Below, piece after piece: positions 23,701 through 36,540 of a stretch of 64,000 nucleotides of DNA. How positions within the stretch are numbered: position 1 is the first letter of the stretch; every line of letters begins with the position of its first letter. Location: the NCBI GenBank assembly GCA_020137815.1, contig CM035361.1:3968001-4032000 (forward strand). Direction: 5' to 3'. The stretch comes from Hormiphora californensis (Eukaryota > Animalia > Ctenophora). A program made the translations under genes and the position numbers. The notes under the pieces were generated by a model, which saw only the letters and a program-made list of their open reading frames with translations, had not been told where the DNA came from and made no database searches.

Positions 23701-24652
23701 GAGCCATCACTCTGGGCGCGCCAGGATTTGCCACATTCTGCTTGTAAAATAGGCTTTTACGTAGCACGCGATGACAAACACACGGACATGGTCGCGCGTT
23801 CTGTCCATCATTCCTTCCATCCAATTAGAGTTTTACCGTTGATAGGACGCCATTACTGCGCGTCCATTCAGTTAGAGTTTATTAAAATACAAGGATTGTT
23901 TCTATTCTAGAATTTGTAAACAAGCATCACATGACCCCTCCTTTTCACCCTCTGTGCCGACGAAACCATAACCCAAACTTAGCCCAAACCATCGACGTAA
24001 CCATCACCTTAACCATCACCCTAACCATCGCCCTAACCACCACCCTAACTCTAACCCTCACCCCCACCCTAACCCTAACGATACTCAGAGGAACAATACA
24101 CAGTGAACTCTTCGAATTTGGCCTGCCGGCCAAATTCTCGAGCTCACAGAAGGAGTGAAACGCCCTCCCTACCCATCGTCGATACAGAGGGTAAAAGGAG
24201 GGGTGAAACGCCCTCCCTACCCATCGTCGATACAGAGGGTAAAAGGAGGGGTAAATGCCCTCCCTGCCGAATACTCTCTCGGAGTGAGTATTCGGCAAGG
24301 AGGGCAGGAAATTGAAGTCAAATGTCCTACATGCCGACGGTGATCTCATACCAATTTCGTCGGCATGTAGGGCATTAGACCCCTGTATTTCGCCCTCCCT
24401 GCTGAATGACCTCCCTGCCGACCCGTCGGCAGGGAGGGCGGGTACCCATAGGCACCCACTGTGTGGTATGTCTCCCGACTACTACACAGGGGGCACAATG
24501 TTTCAAAAAGCCAGTACACGTGTTTCAAATAGTCAGACGAGACACTGTTTCAAATTAGCAGTGGCTACGGCCCTATAATACGCGGGTTCAACATTACCTT
24601 CTGTCGCAGTAAATGTGGACAGCAACAACACAGAAAACAAAAAGCTCCTCAT
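20714..24652 (-). CDS. Secreted protein: signal peptide + uncharacterised TPLQIKTDS domain + sushi/CCP; 3' part degraded (possible pseudogene)
   Basis: Phase-1 exons 24652-24598 (MRSFLFSVLLLSTFTATE), 23544-23119 (IPFDLKSTPLQIKTDS..LPVQPPEEVDKMWTI..ECNGVEVLNY..DTASDSYR) and 22934-22758 (C..C..C..W..C sushi). A second sushi exon (~21133-21830) is broken by a MITE and a stop. Possible last exon ~20714-20968. TATA-like element at ~24706-24712. Confidence 0.7.
21240..21788. mobile_element. PIF/Harbinger-like MITE inside a sushi pseudo-exon
   Basis: Long inverted arms g(g/a)gtcaccacacacc; 3-bp TSD tcg; excision restores W-N-D-T as in the paralogous intact exon. Partial copy at ~50277-50420. Confidence 0.8.
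22245..22370. repeat. 13-bp tandem repeat aaaaggctgcaat
   Basis: About 9 imperfect units. Confidence 0.85.
22410..22625. repeat. Palindrome-rich (ttggcgcca) MITE-like repeat
   Basis: Multiple ggcgcc/ccaattgg palindromes. Confidence 0.5.
23630..23882. mobile_element. Degenerate copy of the Harbinger MITE at 37986-38239
   Basis: Collinear, high-identity direct copy with damaged ends. Confidence 0.75.
23930..24450. repeat. Interspersed repeat with telomere-like (CCCTAA) tract and a ~49-bp tandem duplication
   Basis: ccctaa-like units at ~23965-24080; duplication at 24154-24252; its end (ccgtcggcagggagggcgggtacc) recurs at ~9807-9830. Confidence 0.6.
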
Positions 24653-25049
24653 CTTTGACCAAACAAACACAACTATACAGATGCTTGGTAAGTGCGTTTG
24701 GAGATTTATATAAGCCCGGATTTCGCAGCCCTGCAGGGAAATTTGGGGGAGGAGCCAGGAGTACCACTTAAGCGCGCTAAACCAAAGAGAGAGGAGGCGG
24801 AGAGGCAGAGAGACGCGAGCAAACTGCCCAGGTAGTAAATCGTTAGACGAGGCGAGGCGCTCTCGCGCCGCTCGGAAAGCTCCAGACCGCAGAGAGGCAA
24901 AGACGAGCCTATCGTGAAAAAGGGGAACCCGTATTTTGTCTCGTGCGAGACGTAAGCCGGCTAGGGGCCGCTCCCCTTTTAAATTTTCACTCCCTTTGCA
25001 CTTACCTGTTTCTTTGTCTCCTTCCTCTTCTCTTCTCCCCTGCTCTCTC

Positions 25050-28000
25050 TCTTCTCCCAAAATTTTTTTTGGGCTCCCTGTTTTGGGGGGGAACCTTGTG
25101 GGGGGCGGGGCGCCCCCGGCCCCGGCCCCCCCCCGCCCAAATGCCGGCAAAAAAGGGGGGGGAAAAACAACCCACCAATTAGGGGGGCCAAAACTCAGGT
25201 CCCCTTCCTCCCTTGCGGCCCCCTCTGCGATCCTCTTTCGCCTTTTTTTTCGTCATCGCCTCCTCTTTCTCTCCCTCTCTCCTCACCCTCTCTCGTTTCC
25301 CCGGAGAGGGGGGCAGGTTTGGAGTTGCAAAAAGTAATGTGCTTATTAAAGAGAAAGGGAGTAAAATTTTACAGGGGGAACTGGAAATAAAGGAACGATT
25401 TTGCAATCTCCCTAGGCCCAAAAGGGGGGAAAAAAGGGGGGGGAGGGGGGCCGGGGGGAAAAAAAACCCCGGGGGAAAAAAAAGGGGGGAAAGCAGAGGG
25501 GGGGGGGAAAAGCGATAAGGGTCCCCCCCCCCCAAAATTTTTTTAAAAAAAAAACCCCAAAAAAAAAATAAAAAACCTTTTTTGGGGGGGGGGGGGGGGG
25601 GGGGGGGAAAAAAAAAAACCCAAAAGGGCCCTCTCCCCCCTTTCTTTTTCCCTCCTCCCCTTTTTCCCCCCCTTTCCCCTTTTTCTTTTTCACCTTTTTG
25701 GTAAAACCCTTGTAAGGGCCTAGGGGAAAAGGGGGGCCATTTAAAGGGCCTCCCCCCCCAAAGGGGCCTTGGGCCTTTTAAAAACCCCCCAACCCCCCTT
25801 TTCCCTATTTAACTAGCTTTCTTCTCTCTCTCTTCCCCCCTTATCGCCTTTTCACCCTTTTCTCTTCCTCTTCCCTCTCTATTCTTTTCTTTCCTTCCTC
25901 CCCTCTCTCCTTTTCCCCTTATGAGGTTTAGTCCCGAGTCTTGGTTAGTGGCAACAAGTCAATTAGTGATTTTAGGCGGGAAAAAATGTACATGTAGAAA
26001 CTGTGGAAAAAGATAGAGGAAAACTTTTTTACGATGGCTGGAGCACGTCCCACCAGGGCCGTGTTTAGTGCAGAGTATAATGGTGCAGAGGAGAGTCTAT
26101 GGGACACTTTATCTGCCCCCTCTAAGTACAAATTAGATAAAGTGGATAAAAATGATTAGTTGCGTGGGTGGAGATGACTGGCAAGTTTTTGGTGTGAGGG
26201 GTTTGTTCCCTGTGTGGGGAAAGCCATTTAATGAAGTAGGAAGTGCATTTGAGATAGAGAAGAAGTCATGGAGCGTCAGGAGGATCTTATCTCCGCCCAG
26301 AAGGCACTAGTTGGTGCCCAGGAGAGTACTTAAACTGCAAGGCAGCTCCTGGAAGAGAGAGGGGGAAGTGTTTGGGCAGAGGTGCAGATTCCCGCAAAAG
26401 AGGAGATTCATAGTTTCCCATCTGGTTAAAGAGGGAATGCGAGACACCCTTGGTCCTAGTAGGATCCAAAAGGCTGTGCTTTAAGCAAGCGAGGATAGGT
26501 GTGTAATATTGTCATCCACGGGCGGGCTGACAGTCCTGGAGACAGCGAGGAAATGTTACCGGAGCTGTGGACAACACTCGCGGAGAAACCTCTTGTGAAA
26601 CGTGCCCCAGCGGTTTGGGGGATTTTCAGCAGGTCAGACTAGACCCATGAAATTAACCCTGACAAGTAAGGGGATGCAGGCGTGTATTCTTGGTAAGAAG
26701 AACGACTTAGGGGAGGGGTGAAGTGTTTTACCGAGTTTAATCTCTCCCGACCTTTCCCCTGAGGAGGAGCAGGCTCGGGCGGTCTCTAGTGAAAAAGTGA
26801 AAGTGAGAAGGAGCGGGCCCTGGGAAGTCGGGGTTTTGGATCAAAGGGAGGCGAGTGGTGGAGGTCTCCCGGGGACAAGTAGTATTAATGTGAGTGCTAT
26901 TCATTTAAGTTTCTTTTTTTTATTTATTTCATTAAATTTGCTTTTTTGTTTGCTATAGGGGGCTGTGTTATTTTTAGACCACGGGAAAAACCCCAAGGGG
27001 TTTCCATTACTAAAGGGGGATTCCAAAGGGCATTTAGAAAAACCGGGCAAAGGGGAAAAAAGGGGGGAAAATTTTTTTTTTTCCCCCCCCCCCCCCCTTT
27101 TTTTTTTTTTCTTTTTTCCCCCTTTTTTCCCCAAGGGTAAAATTTTAGGTTGAAAGTGATTAATAGGTGGAGGGGGCCCTGTGGAAAGGGGCGAATGGGC
27201 GCGCCTCTTCCAAAAAGGCCCCCCGCCCGACGGGAGGTTTAAAAACCCCCGAATTTTTTTATTTTAAATAGCTCCTATTTCTCTTCTCTTCTTTTATCGG
27301 TTCTATTCTCCTCTTTCTTCTTCTTTCTCTTTTTCCTCTTCTCGCTCTCTCTCTCTCTCTCTATTTTTTTTTGGGGACGTGCCTTATAGCTAATGGTTTG
27401 TCAAGAAATACAGCGTTCCTTTCGTCGTTTTTGTCTGATGCGGAGAAAAAGGATCGGTTGATGTTATTGCCGCATCAGGGGGAAAAAAGTTTTTTTTCTC
27501 CTTCCGGCTGGACAATGAGTAGGGGTTCTTTTTCTACAATAAAAAAACGTTACTTTTGTCCACCCGGGAAGGAAAAAAACAAAATTTCCCAGGGCTGTCT
27601 GTCGTCGTTGTCGTCTGTTGTCTGTCTTTTGGTCTGTTGTCTGTCTGTCGTTGTCTGTTGTCGTTTCTGTCTGTCTGTTGTTGCTGTCGGTCTGTTCTTC
27701 TGTCTGTTGTTGTCTGTCTTGCTGTCTGTTGTCTGTCTGTTGTCTGTCTGTTCTGTCTGTCTGTCGTTTCTGTCGTCTTTTGTCTGTTGTCTTTTGGGGT
27801 TTCGTCTGTCTTTTCTGTCTGTCGTTGTTGTCTGTTGTCTGTTGTCTGTCGTCTGTTATGTCGTCTGTCGTTTTTGGTCTGTCTGTCTGTTTGTCTGTCG
27901 CTGTCTGTCTGTCTGTTTGGTCGTCTTTGTTGTCTGTCTGTTGTCGTTGTTCTGTTTTTTTGGTCTGTCTGTTGCTTTGTCTGTCTTGTCTGTCTGTCTG

Positions 28001-31000
28001 TTGCGTCTGTTGTCTGGGTCTGTTGTCTGCGCTTTTCTGGTTGTCTTTTGTTGTCTTTCTGTCGTCGTTGTCTGTCTGTCTGCGGTCTGTCTGTCTGTCT
28101 GTTCTGTTTCTGCGGTTGTTTTGTCTGTCGTCTGTCTGTCGTTGTCTGCTAAATTCCCCTTGGGCCCTTTAGAGACGAACCAACGCGGGCCCCAACACGG
28201 AATTTTTTCTAGGGGGGGGGGGGGGGGGGGCGAGGGACCGTAATTTTAGGTTGGGTAGGGGGGCAGCGGCAGGGGGTTTGGGGCCCCGATTCCACAGTTT
28301 TTAGACTTTTAAAGCCATCTCCCCCTTTCTTCTTTTTTCGTAGACTGTATTTTTTTTAAGGGCCGAAGGGGCAAAAGCCCCGGAAAATTTTAAAATTTTT
28401 AAACTGTTTTCACATTCGCATGTGTGAGGGGGTCGCCCTATATACCATTATCATTTTGTTACTCGACAAAACATTATATCTGCGGATAATGCGGATATAG
28501 GAGTGATCAGAAACATCTGGCGACGCCGACTTATTAATATATTTTTTATATAAAACGTAAAAAGGAAAATATCAGAAATTTATAATGCACTGTAAACCCA
28601 AAACCCTCGCTAGAAAGGCAAGCTAGAGGTGATTTTAAAAATCGATGAACGCGATAATAGTTTTAAAACGTATTCACCCCCGTATTTATACGTATTATCA
28701 AAAAAAAAATACATTTATATTCTAAACTAGGGCGCTGGGTTGGAAAAATGAGGAATATCAGCAGGACCAGGACAGTCTGTGCGTGCCCTAAGGCAAGCTA
28801 AATTTAACAATTGGAATTTAGTTTAGCTAAACTAAATTCCAACTAGATCAAAAAACAAAAGAAATTTGTTTGGAACACCCGTGGCCTTTTTTCGATATTT
28901 TCGCTACGGGAAAGCACCCTAATCTGGGGTTTACATACCAAATATGGCTCATCAAAGGCCAAGGGGAAATCTATGAGCCAAGAGGGCATGAAAAATATTG
29001 CTAAGATTTCTAGGCCCATAGTGATCCAATTTGGCTCTAGAAATGTTTTGTTTGGTTTATGAGCCAAAGCGTGAGAGGAGAGGGACGTGGGACACGTGGT
29101 GAGAGTGAGTGACACGTGAGTGGCACGTGAGAAAATCGAATCAATATATTGAATTGATATAATGAGCAAAAATGTAAAGTTTTACATAAAAATAAATATA
29201 TTACAAATTAAAATTAAAATATCAGTCATTTTGGATATAATGGTAAAAGGGGCCCTTTTCTTTGGACGTTCAAGAGTTTTCACGTGAATCAGCAGTTTTT
29301 TATTCAGATTGTGATCTGGTAGGTCTAAAAGCCGCCTTGCATTTCATACGGGATCCACAGAAAAAAAACCTCTCCAACGGGTTTGATTTCGAAAAAGTAG
29401 ATAGGTAGGATTTTCCCCAAAAATTTTCCGGCAAAATTTTTCAGGGGTCTCGCGAAATTTTAAGCACACTTAAAAAAAAGTCTTTTTAGAACTACACAAG
29501 GAAAATTTTCAGACTTGTCCGAGAGGGGGTCGTGAACGCTTCCAAAAACCCTCTTTAGGTCCTTGGTGGAAACCAAGGTATACCCCGTGAAGCCCCGGAC
29601 CCCCCTCGGTAGGGGTGGGGAAAAACCAATCGGGGGATAAAAAATTGACACGTGATAGGTTTTCCCATTACATGGGGTTTTCAAAGGGGTAAAAATTTGG
29701 GCACGGTAGGGTTCACCAGCAATAGCGTTAGGAGAATCACACCAGTTGGGGGTGAAAAGAAATTGATTCCCTTTTCAAGATTTAAGAAATTTCAAATTTT
29801 AAAACTCTGTGGATTTTTCGTAGCTGGCAATGAATTTAATAATTAGCGGACAAATAGGATCTAACATTTATGTTTATTTTAAAAAACAAAAAAATACACA
29901 AAAATTGCAAATTATTGGCCGGGTGGATGAATAGATAGGCTGCTAGAGGAAGAGATAAAAGTAAAGATAGGGAGTAGTTTAGTTTTTTGTCCTGCAGAAA
30001 AGGGGAAAACAACTGAATTTATCCCCATCTTTTTCTGACTGTGAGGTCTAAAACAGATGGGTATGCAGTATGGGCGGCTGAAAACCCCCCAAAAGTGCCT
30101 CAATATTGTGGTTGAGTGGAAGCTAAATGGGGGGAAAGGGGTGCCATTTTATCTTTTTTTACATGCGGGCAAAAAAATACACTGTTTTGTAGCATCTTTT
30201 AATGCCAGGTGTCTTGTCTAATTAGTCCCTTGGAGGAGGGCTTAACCCCTTTTACGGCGAGAAGGATTTGGCCCATAGAAAGTCTAATTTTTTGTTTTAA
30301 AGTAGGTTTTCAAAAAAAAAACGCCCCCGAAAAGGAAATTTTTAATTCCCAATTTAGTTTTTTTGGGGCCCCCTGTAGCAATAGTACATGCCCGTAAAGG
30401 GGTTCTTAACAAATTTAAAATTTTACAAGTTTGTGGGTGTTATGGCCTTTAAATTTATGCTTTTTGAGGGGTTTTTAGCTAAAGTTCTCATTCGTGAACG
30501 GGTTTTTACCCGGGAAAAAAACCCCCAAATAGAGATTTTTATCTAAGATCTATCGCCAAAGGGGTAAATTCTCCAAAACATAATAATGGGCCTGAAAAGG
30601 AGTAAGGACAAAGGGGGGACAAAAAATGGTTTGAATATCGCAAAAGTGGGGGTTTTTTTTGGGCCCCATATTTAGGCGCTATCTGGACCCCTTTGGTAAT
30701 TGCATAATTAGCAATTATTTGTCCGGCTGCTAATTATTCATGAAAAATTTGCTCGGGGAAAGGGTTATGAGACAAAAGGGGGCCCCTAAAGTGTAGAAAA
30801 CATTACATTAGTGGGGGGAGGCACATAATTAGGCCTAATTGGGCCATAATTTTTTTGGGAGATAATTGGAATTAGCTAATTAGTTTCCCTGGGCGCAATA
30901 AATGAGGGCTTTGGGAATAAGACAAGAGGGGAAAATAAAAGGGGTTAAAAAAATTTGCCCTTTGTGGAGGGTTTAGCCATAGCTGAGTTTCTATTCCAAC
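25050..31000. other. Error-rich (homopolymer-distorted) assembly segment, including a degraded (TCTG)n at 27595-28150
   Basis: Long G/C/A/T runs. Where a clean homologue exists (30246-31000 vs 18200-19027; 28950-29440 vs 38640-39130), differences are mostly homopolymer distortions. Confidence 0.8.
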
Positions 31001-32783
31001 TCCTAAATTGAGATAATTGGATAATTAGCTAATTGACGGTTGCACACCGTCCACTTTTCACCAAATCCCGTGGTTTCTAGGTAATCCTGAGCTCTTTTGT
31101 TCAATCTAAGGATCTTCTGACATCCCCTAATATCCCTAAACTCCTATAACCGTGTGTCCAAACAATAAATATGGGAAACTGTAGTACATTAGAGGTTGAA
31201 CGTGTTGTAGGAGCAATAGGATATAAAAATTCTATAGGATTGTAGTTGGATCTTGGATGTATGAGAGGTCTAGGATGGAGCAAGAGGGTTCTAAAGAGCT
31301 GAAGGCAGTGTCTAGGGTTGTATCGAGTGCTATACTATTGTGTAAAACGAGTCATAGGTGATACAAATGGGGTTAGGGGTTGTCAGAAGATCCTTAGATT
31401 GAGCAAAAGAGCTCAGGATTACCTAGAAACCACGGGATTTGGTGAAAAGTGGACGGTGTGCAACCGTCAATTAGCTAATTATCCAATTATCTCAATTAGG
31501 AGTGGGAATAGAAACTCAGCTATGTGCTCTACCCCCGCTAAGGCGATGATTTTACACATTTTAGTGCCCTCACTTGTCTTGTATACTCCGCCTAGTCTCA
31601 TTTATTAGCGCTCCAGGGCAACTAATTAGCTAATTATCCAATTATCTCAATTATGGATCCAGATAGCGACCTAAATATGTGCTCTACCCCCACTAATTTG
31701 ATGATTCTACACATTTTAGTGCCCCCATTTGTCTCATAACTCCTTCCCAGAGCAAAGTTTCATGAATAATTAGCATGCGCGGGACAGATAATTAGCTAAT
31801 TATCCAATTATCTCAATTAGGGATCCAGATAGCGACCTAAATATGTGCTCTACCCCCACTAATGCGATGATTCTACACATTTTAGTGCCCCCATTTGTCT
31901 CTTAGCTCCTTTTCTAGCCCGAGTTATGTATGTTTTAGGAGAATTTACCATTAGGACGATAGTATCATATATGATACAAATCTCTAATTTGGGTTCTTTT
32001 CCTGGTAAAAAGCGTTTACGATTGTAGATCTTGTAGCTACATACCACATGAAAGCATAAATTTATGCCATAGCACCCACAAACTTGTACAATTTAGATTT
32101 GTTACTAGAATTCCCTTACGGGCGATAGTATCACATATGATACGGCGCCTTAAATGTTATTAACTCATTCAATTTTCAATATTTTTTGATGCGGCTTTTT
32201 GCATTCGGTCGGTTATGACGAGCACTTTTATTCCTTCAAAGGATTAGTTGTGCCCCCAAAAAACAAAAAAATGAGAAATGTTTTTAAAAAAAGGCCGAAA
32301 TTAGCCTCCTTAGAAGGGCTATAAAATTTTTTTCTTGATTTTCTGAGCTGATATGGACGTGGTTTTAGGTTCATAATCCCTAAAACTAGCTTGTGACAAA
32401 ATATGGGCCACCTAGATAAAACATAAGGACTTCCAGGCCGCCTAGAATAGACTGTAGCATATATGCTCTGTCGCCGTCAAAGGGTTAACAAACCTCACTT
32501 TACTCGATATTTGAGTGGGATATTGCGTGAACTATGACGTCATTGTCGCTTCAATTTGCCCAAATCACGTAATTTTGCCACGTGATTAGGGGGTTACGCA
32601 AGGTTTGGAGAGCTTGTGTAAAACTTCACTTACTACCCCTCAATTTTCACTAAGCAAGATTTCTAAAAAGTTTCGTCGACACAAACCATGCTTAAGGGGT
32701 GTGAAAATCAATTAGAAGGTGTGAAAGGAGAGTTACGCAACGTTTTTAAGTGTGTTTAAAGTTTCGTCGAAGAGCCGGCCCTG
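29442..32783. mobile_element. hAT-like non-autonomous element (CAGGG termini) hosting a piggyBac derivative
   Basis: Right end ttaagtgtgtttaaagtttcgtcgaagagccggccctg; noisy left end caggggtctcgcgaaattttaagcacacttaa; absent from the mirror arm at ~38635. Confidence 0.6.
30246..32484. mobile_element. Second, diverged, oppositely oriented copy of the 16545-19027 piggyBac-type family
   Basis: ttaa|ccc...gtcaaaggg|ttaa; 31260-32480 aligns to the reverse complement of 16545-17770. Confidence 0.8.
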
Positions 32784-33644
32784 ATCTTTTACACTCTTCC
32801 AAAACCTCCCGGTACTCGTTGAACGTTGTAGTGTTGTTAGTGACGTCTATAACAATTATAGCCAGTGAATCCACTAACAAATTCTAATGAGCGGGATGAA
32901 TATGTGACAGTGTCACATATCCATCCCCCTCACTGACACGATTCTGGGATGCTTCATTAGCAGAGTGAAACGATACGAGATACGAAACTTATGATTCGGG
33001 GGAGCTCATTTACTCATTAGCAGTGTGAGACGATACGGTATGTGGAACATGATTCGGGGAAGCTTATTAACCCTTTGAGGACCATAACGATTGGCCGAAC
33101 AGAATTTTCTAATTTTTTGTGGAGAAGGTCAGGAGAATAGTCTAAGATTATACGAAAAGGGTTTACTGAAATCGGGTTTTTACTTTTTGTGTTATGACAT
33201 GGGTCATATATGACCCAGTGGTACTTATATGGTACAAAAAGGTTAGAGACGTCCTGTGTGAGCAATACTGTTATCAGGGACATAAAAACCGGGTCATTGG
33301 TGTACTAGAGGTATGAATAAACTGTTACAACCGGAATATTACGTCTCAGACGGTTTTTTCACTGATTTGGGTCATATATGACCCAGTGGGCCGTTTGGGA
33401 AAATTTCAATGATATTGCCGAAAACTAATGAATTTCGCTATTTTAACACAAAATAAGCATTTGAAGGTTATTAATATGCTATATAGTGATTGTTTAACCA
33501 TTCAAATTAGATATTAAGGGAATTTTTACTAGATTTGGGTCATATATGACCCAGTGGGTCGTATAGGAAAAAATCATACTTCGGATTCAAAAACTCAAAT
33601 TTCAATCTTTATTTCATGTACAAATCCAATCAATAAGAGTCCAA

Positions 33645-34460
33645 TCATTCTAACTGATGGTGCAGATGATAAAAACAGTTTCGCTTTTGAGTCAGACAGA
33701 ACCCCCTCCCTTTACAACCACTAGCCGAACAACCAATATAGGTTTTCTTGTTCGATTTGCAAACATTACACCTACGCCTCTGATCGAGGTAAACTGGAAG
33801 ATGGCTCCTAGAAAGAGCTGGAGCAGATGATCCGTCTTTCTTCACCTGTTGCAATGGGAATGCCCGTTCTATACAACTAAAGTCCTAGCTCAACTATACC
33901 TCTACAAACTGCCAAACGAAACTCTTTCGAAGTTTCAGTTTTGTTTGGATGGATGGCCTGGTAAGCTATTCGTGAGTTCATGAGTGATTGATCCATAAAA
34001 TTAAACACTAGTCTGAGATAGTACCTGTGTTTCGACCTCCTGCCAGTTCCGCAAGTAACAGACAGTCTGTCGTGCAAGTCGACTCCCCCCATATAGGACT
34101 TGATCACTTTTGGGCATGGAAAGGACGTCTTTGTTGCCTTCCCCTTCACTCTTCTCAGGACTGTTTCGACTTTTTCACAACTTTTGGCGCTTGTAATGAC
34201 ATGCATGTCATTACAAGCGCCAATAGCTGTGAAAAAGTTCATGAACAGCCTTGTTGTCGATCCATTTTACCACTGCAGATACGGCAGGTGTCTGGAATAT
34301 CTTCATCTCTCCATGTGACAAATATCCTTATCTGCAGGAAACGATGGCATTCCTTTTCGACCTGCTGAAAGTACCCCGGTATAATAGATACCATTCTCGA
34401 GAAGATTGAGGACTTGGGTGGGGGTTGAGAAGTAGTTGTCGGCGTACACGTTGACCCAGG
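33645..34460 (-). pseudogene. piggyBac transposase C-terminal remnant
   Basis: VYADNYFSTP, YMGGVDLHD and Cys-rich HLP..RRRCNVC..C...C...FC...NCF..H motifs, with frameshifts and stops. Inverted partial copies at ~34552-34880 and 36555-36781 (+). Confidence 0.9.
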
Positions 34461-35079
34461 TGTCCTGTTAGACTAACAACAACAGATTCGCCTAGCCCCA
34501 GCTCTGGTGATTCTGCAAATTGATAAAGGCAACCAGTTTTACTCTCGCATCTTCTCGAGAATGGTATCTATTATACCGGGGTAGTTTCAGCAGGTCGAAA
34601 AGGAATGCCATCGTTTCCTGCAGATAAGGACATGTCACGTGGAGAGATGAAGATATTTCAGTCACCTGCCGCATCTGCAGTAGCATCTACAGCAATAAAC
34701 GTGGTAAAATGGATCGACAACAAGGCTGTTCATGCCATTACAAGCGCCAATAGCTGTGAAAAAGTCGAAACAGTCCTGAGAAGAGTGAAGGGGAAGGCAA
34801 CAAAGACGTCCTTTCCATGCCCAAAAGTGATCAAGTCCTATATGGGGGAGTCTACTTGCACGACAGACTGTCTGTTACTTGCTTTAGTTGTACTAGCAAA
34901 ACTGGGGCGATCGTACCGATCGCAAATCGAGGGGTCTGTTTCTATGTTTTTCTCTCTGCCTGTCTGCTATATGCTATGTGATGTGATCCCTCTCTTTTTC
35001 TCTCTTTCTCTCCCTTTTATACTTGTGATGTGACCCCTCAAGTCGCAAGCAGTTCTCAACACGTGTGATACGTGATACC

Positions 35080-35170
35080 TACGAATCACGTCGTCACACT
35101 GACGGATCATGTCGTCACACTGACGGATCATGTCGTCACATTGACGGATCACGTCGTCACATTGACGATA
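35080..35170. repeat. 21-bp tandem repeat x4
   Basis: atca(c/t)gtcgtcaca(c/t)tgacgg. Confidence 0.85.
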
Positions 35171-35201
35171 GGGTATCACATTTCCGTGCAAATTTGCATT
35201 A

Positions 35202-36540
35202 GGGTAGACCGGGGTAATTTGGACGGTTTTGGCATTCAATTGGTATTTCAAGAGCCATTAATTTACTTAATCAATTAGTTAGCTACTCAATTTGTGCAAC
35301 TGAACCTTTATCTTGAGCCTCAGAACAAATTTGAATCGAAAACATAACTTTTAATTAGTTAATTAACCTTGTTAATGAAGGTAAGTCGGAATATTTTTGA
35401 TCGCGAGACACGGGGCAATTTGGACTAGTGGCTTCTACACCAATCACAATGCGCGCATTCAATCACGTGACTGCGACACACCACATTGCCCCAGCTGTAA
35501 ATCTGCAATGTAAATCAGACCGAGGTTGGGGCTATTTGGACAAACTTAGATTGTAGCCACAGTTTTTGAGATATCGATTTCAAACTTTTCAGTCATCTAG
35601 TAATTTAGTATCCCGTGCTATTCCTTTTTTCAAAATTAGTTAATTAAGTAGTAATTAGCCTAATTAACCAAAATATTAAGTGTTCATCAGATCTATATCT
35701 ATAGGGTGCATTTTCGAAAGCTCAGGATTAGCCTAGTTGACTAGAAAAAGATTTAATCTTATCCCAAATAGGGTTTTTGTGAAAATCGACATCAAAGATC
35801 AAAAAGCCACAAATAAAGCTACGGTTTTCAAAGGAATAATGTTTGTGTTTTCAGGTGCTTAAAAGGCCAGAAATTACTATTATGGGGATCCAGTCTAATA
35901 AATCATGACAGTGGCCGATTACCACTCAATGTATTAAGTTGGATTGTCGAATGCCACACCATGGATTGACTTGTTACCTTGGCAACAAGAGAATTGGTTG
36001 TAAAATGCGCCTTTTTTTCTATTTTTTGGTCTATTTACTCAGTTTAAGCCATCTATATTGATTGAATAGGATAATTATGAAAGCAGGTTGTCTATGGTTA
36101 CCATAGAAACGAGTATAATGGCGCCATGAGGCCAATTTGTCTTAACCAATTTGCCCCATGGGGCAATTTGGTCTAGTCCAAATTGCCCCATGGGGTAATC
36201 TGGATTATGACCGAATTGCCCCCGATTTTTTCGTCCGAATTGCCCCAAATTGTCCGAATTGCCCCGCTTCATTAAAATGCCAATTAGCTAATTAAATCGA
36301 AAGCTAATGTCATTTTGATGATGAAACTGGATAGAAAAGTATCATATTGTGAAATTCTGACCCTTAATTTAAATAATTATCATAATTAAGTTTACCGAAA
36401 TAAAGTTTAACTTTAAAGTCGTCATTTTTCGTTATTTCACACTAAACACCACAATTTAAAAGTCCCATATAAATCACTAGTCCACATTGCCCCGTCCTGT
36501 GACCACATTGCCCCACCGTCCAAATTACCCCGGTCTACCC
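35202..36540. mobile_element. TA-target non-autonomous DNA transposon (Tc1/mariner-pogo-like) nested in the piggyBac
   Basis: TIR gggtagaccggggtaatttggacgg, TA on both sides, internal ttgcccc repeats. Confidence 0.85.

Noticed and set aside
25930-26900. Possible decayed retroelement
   Set aside because: No recognisable motif in this error-rich region.
24936-28243. Many Gly/Lys/Pro/Phe-rich and Cys/Leu/Val-rich ORFs
   Set aside because: They arise from homopolymer-distorted sequence and a degraded (TCTG)n tract.
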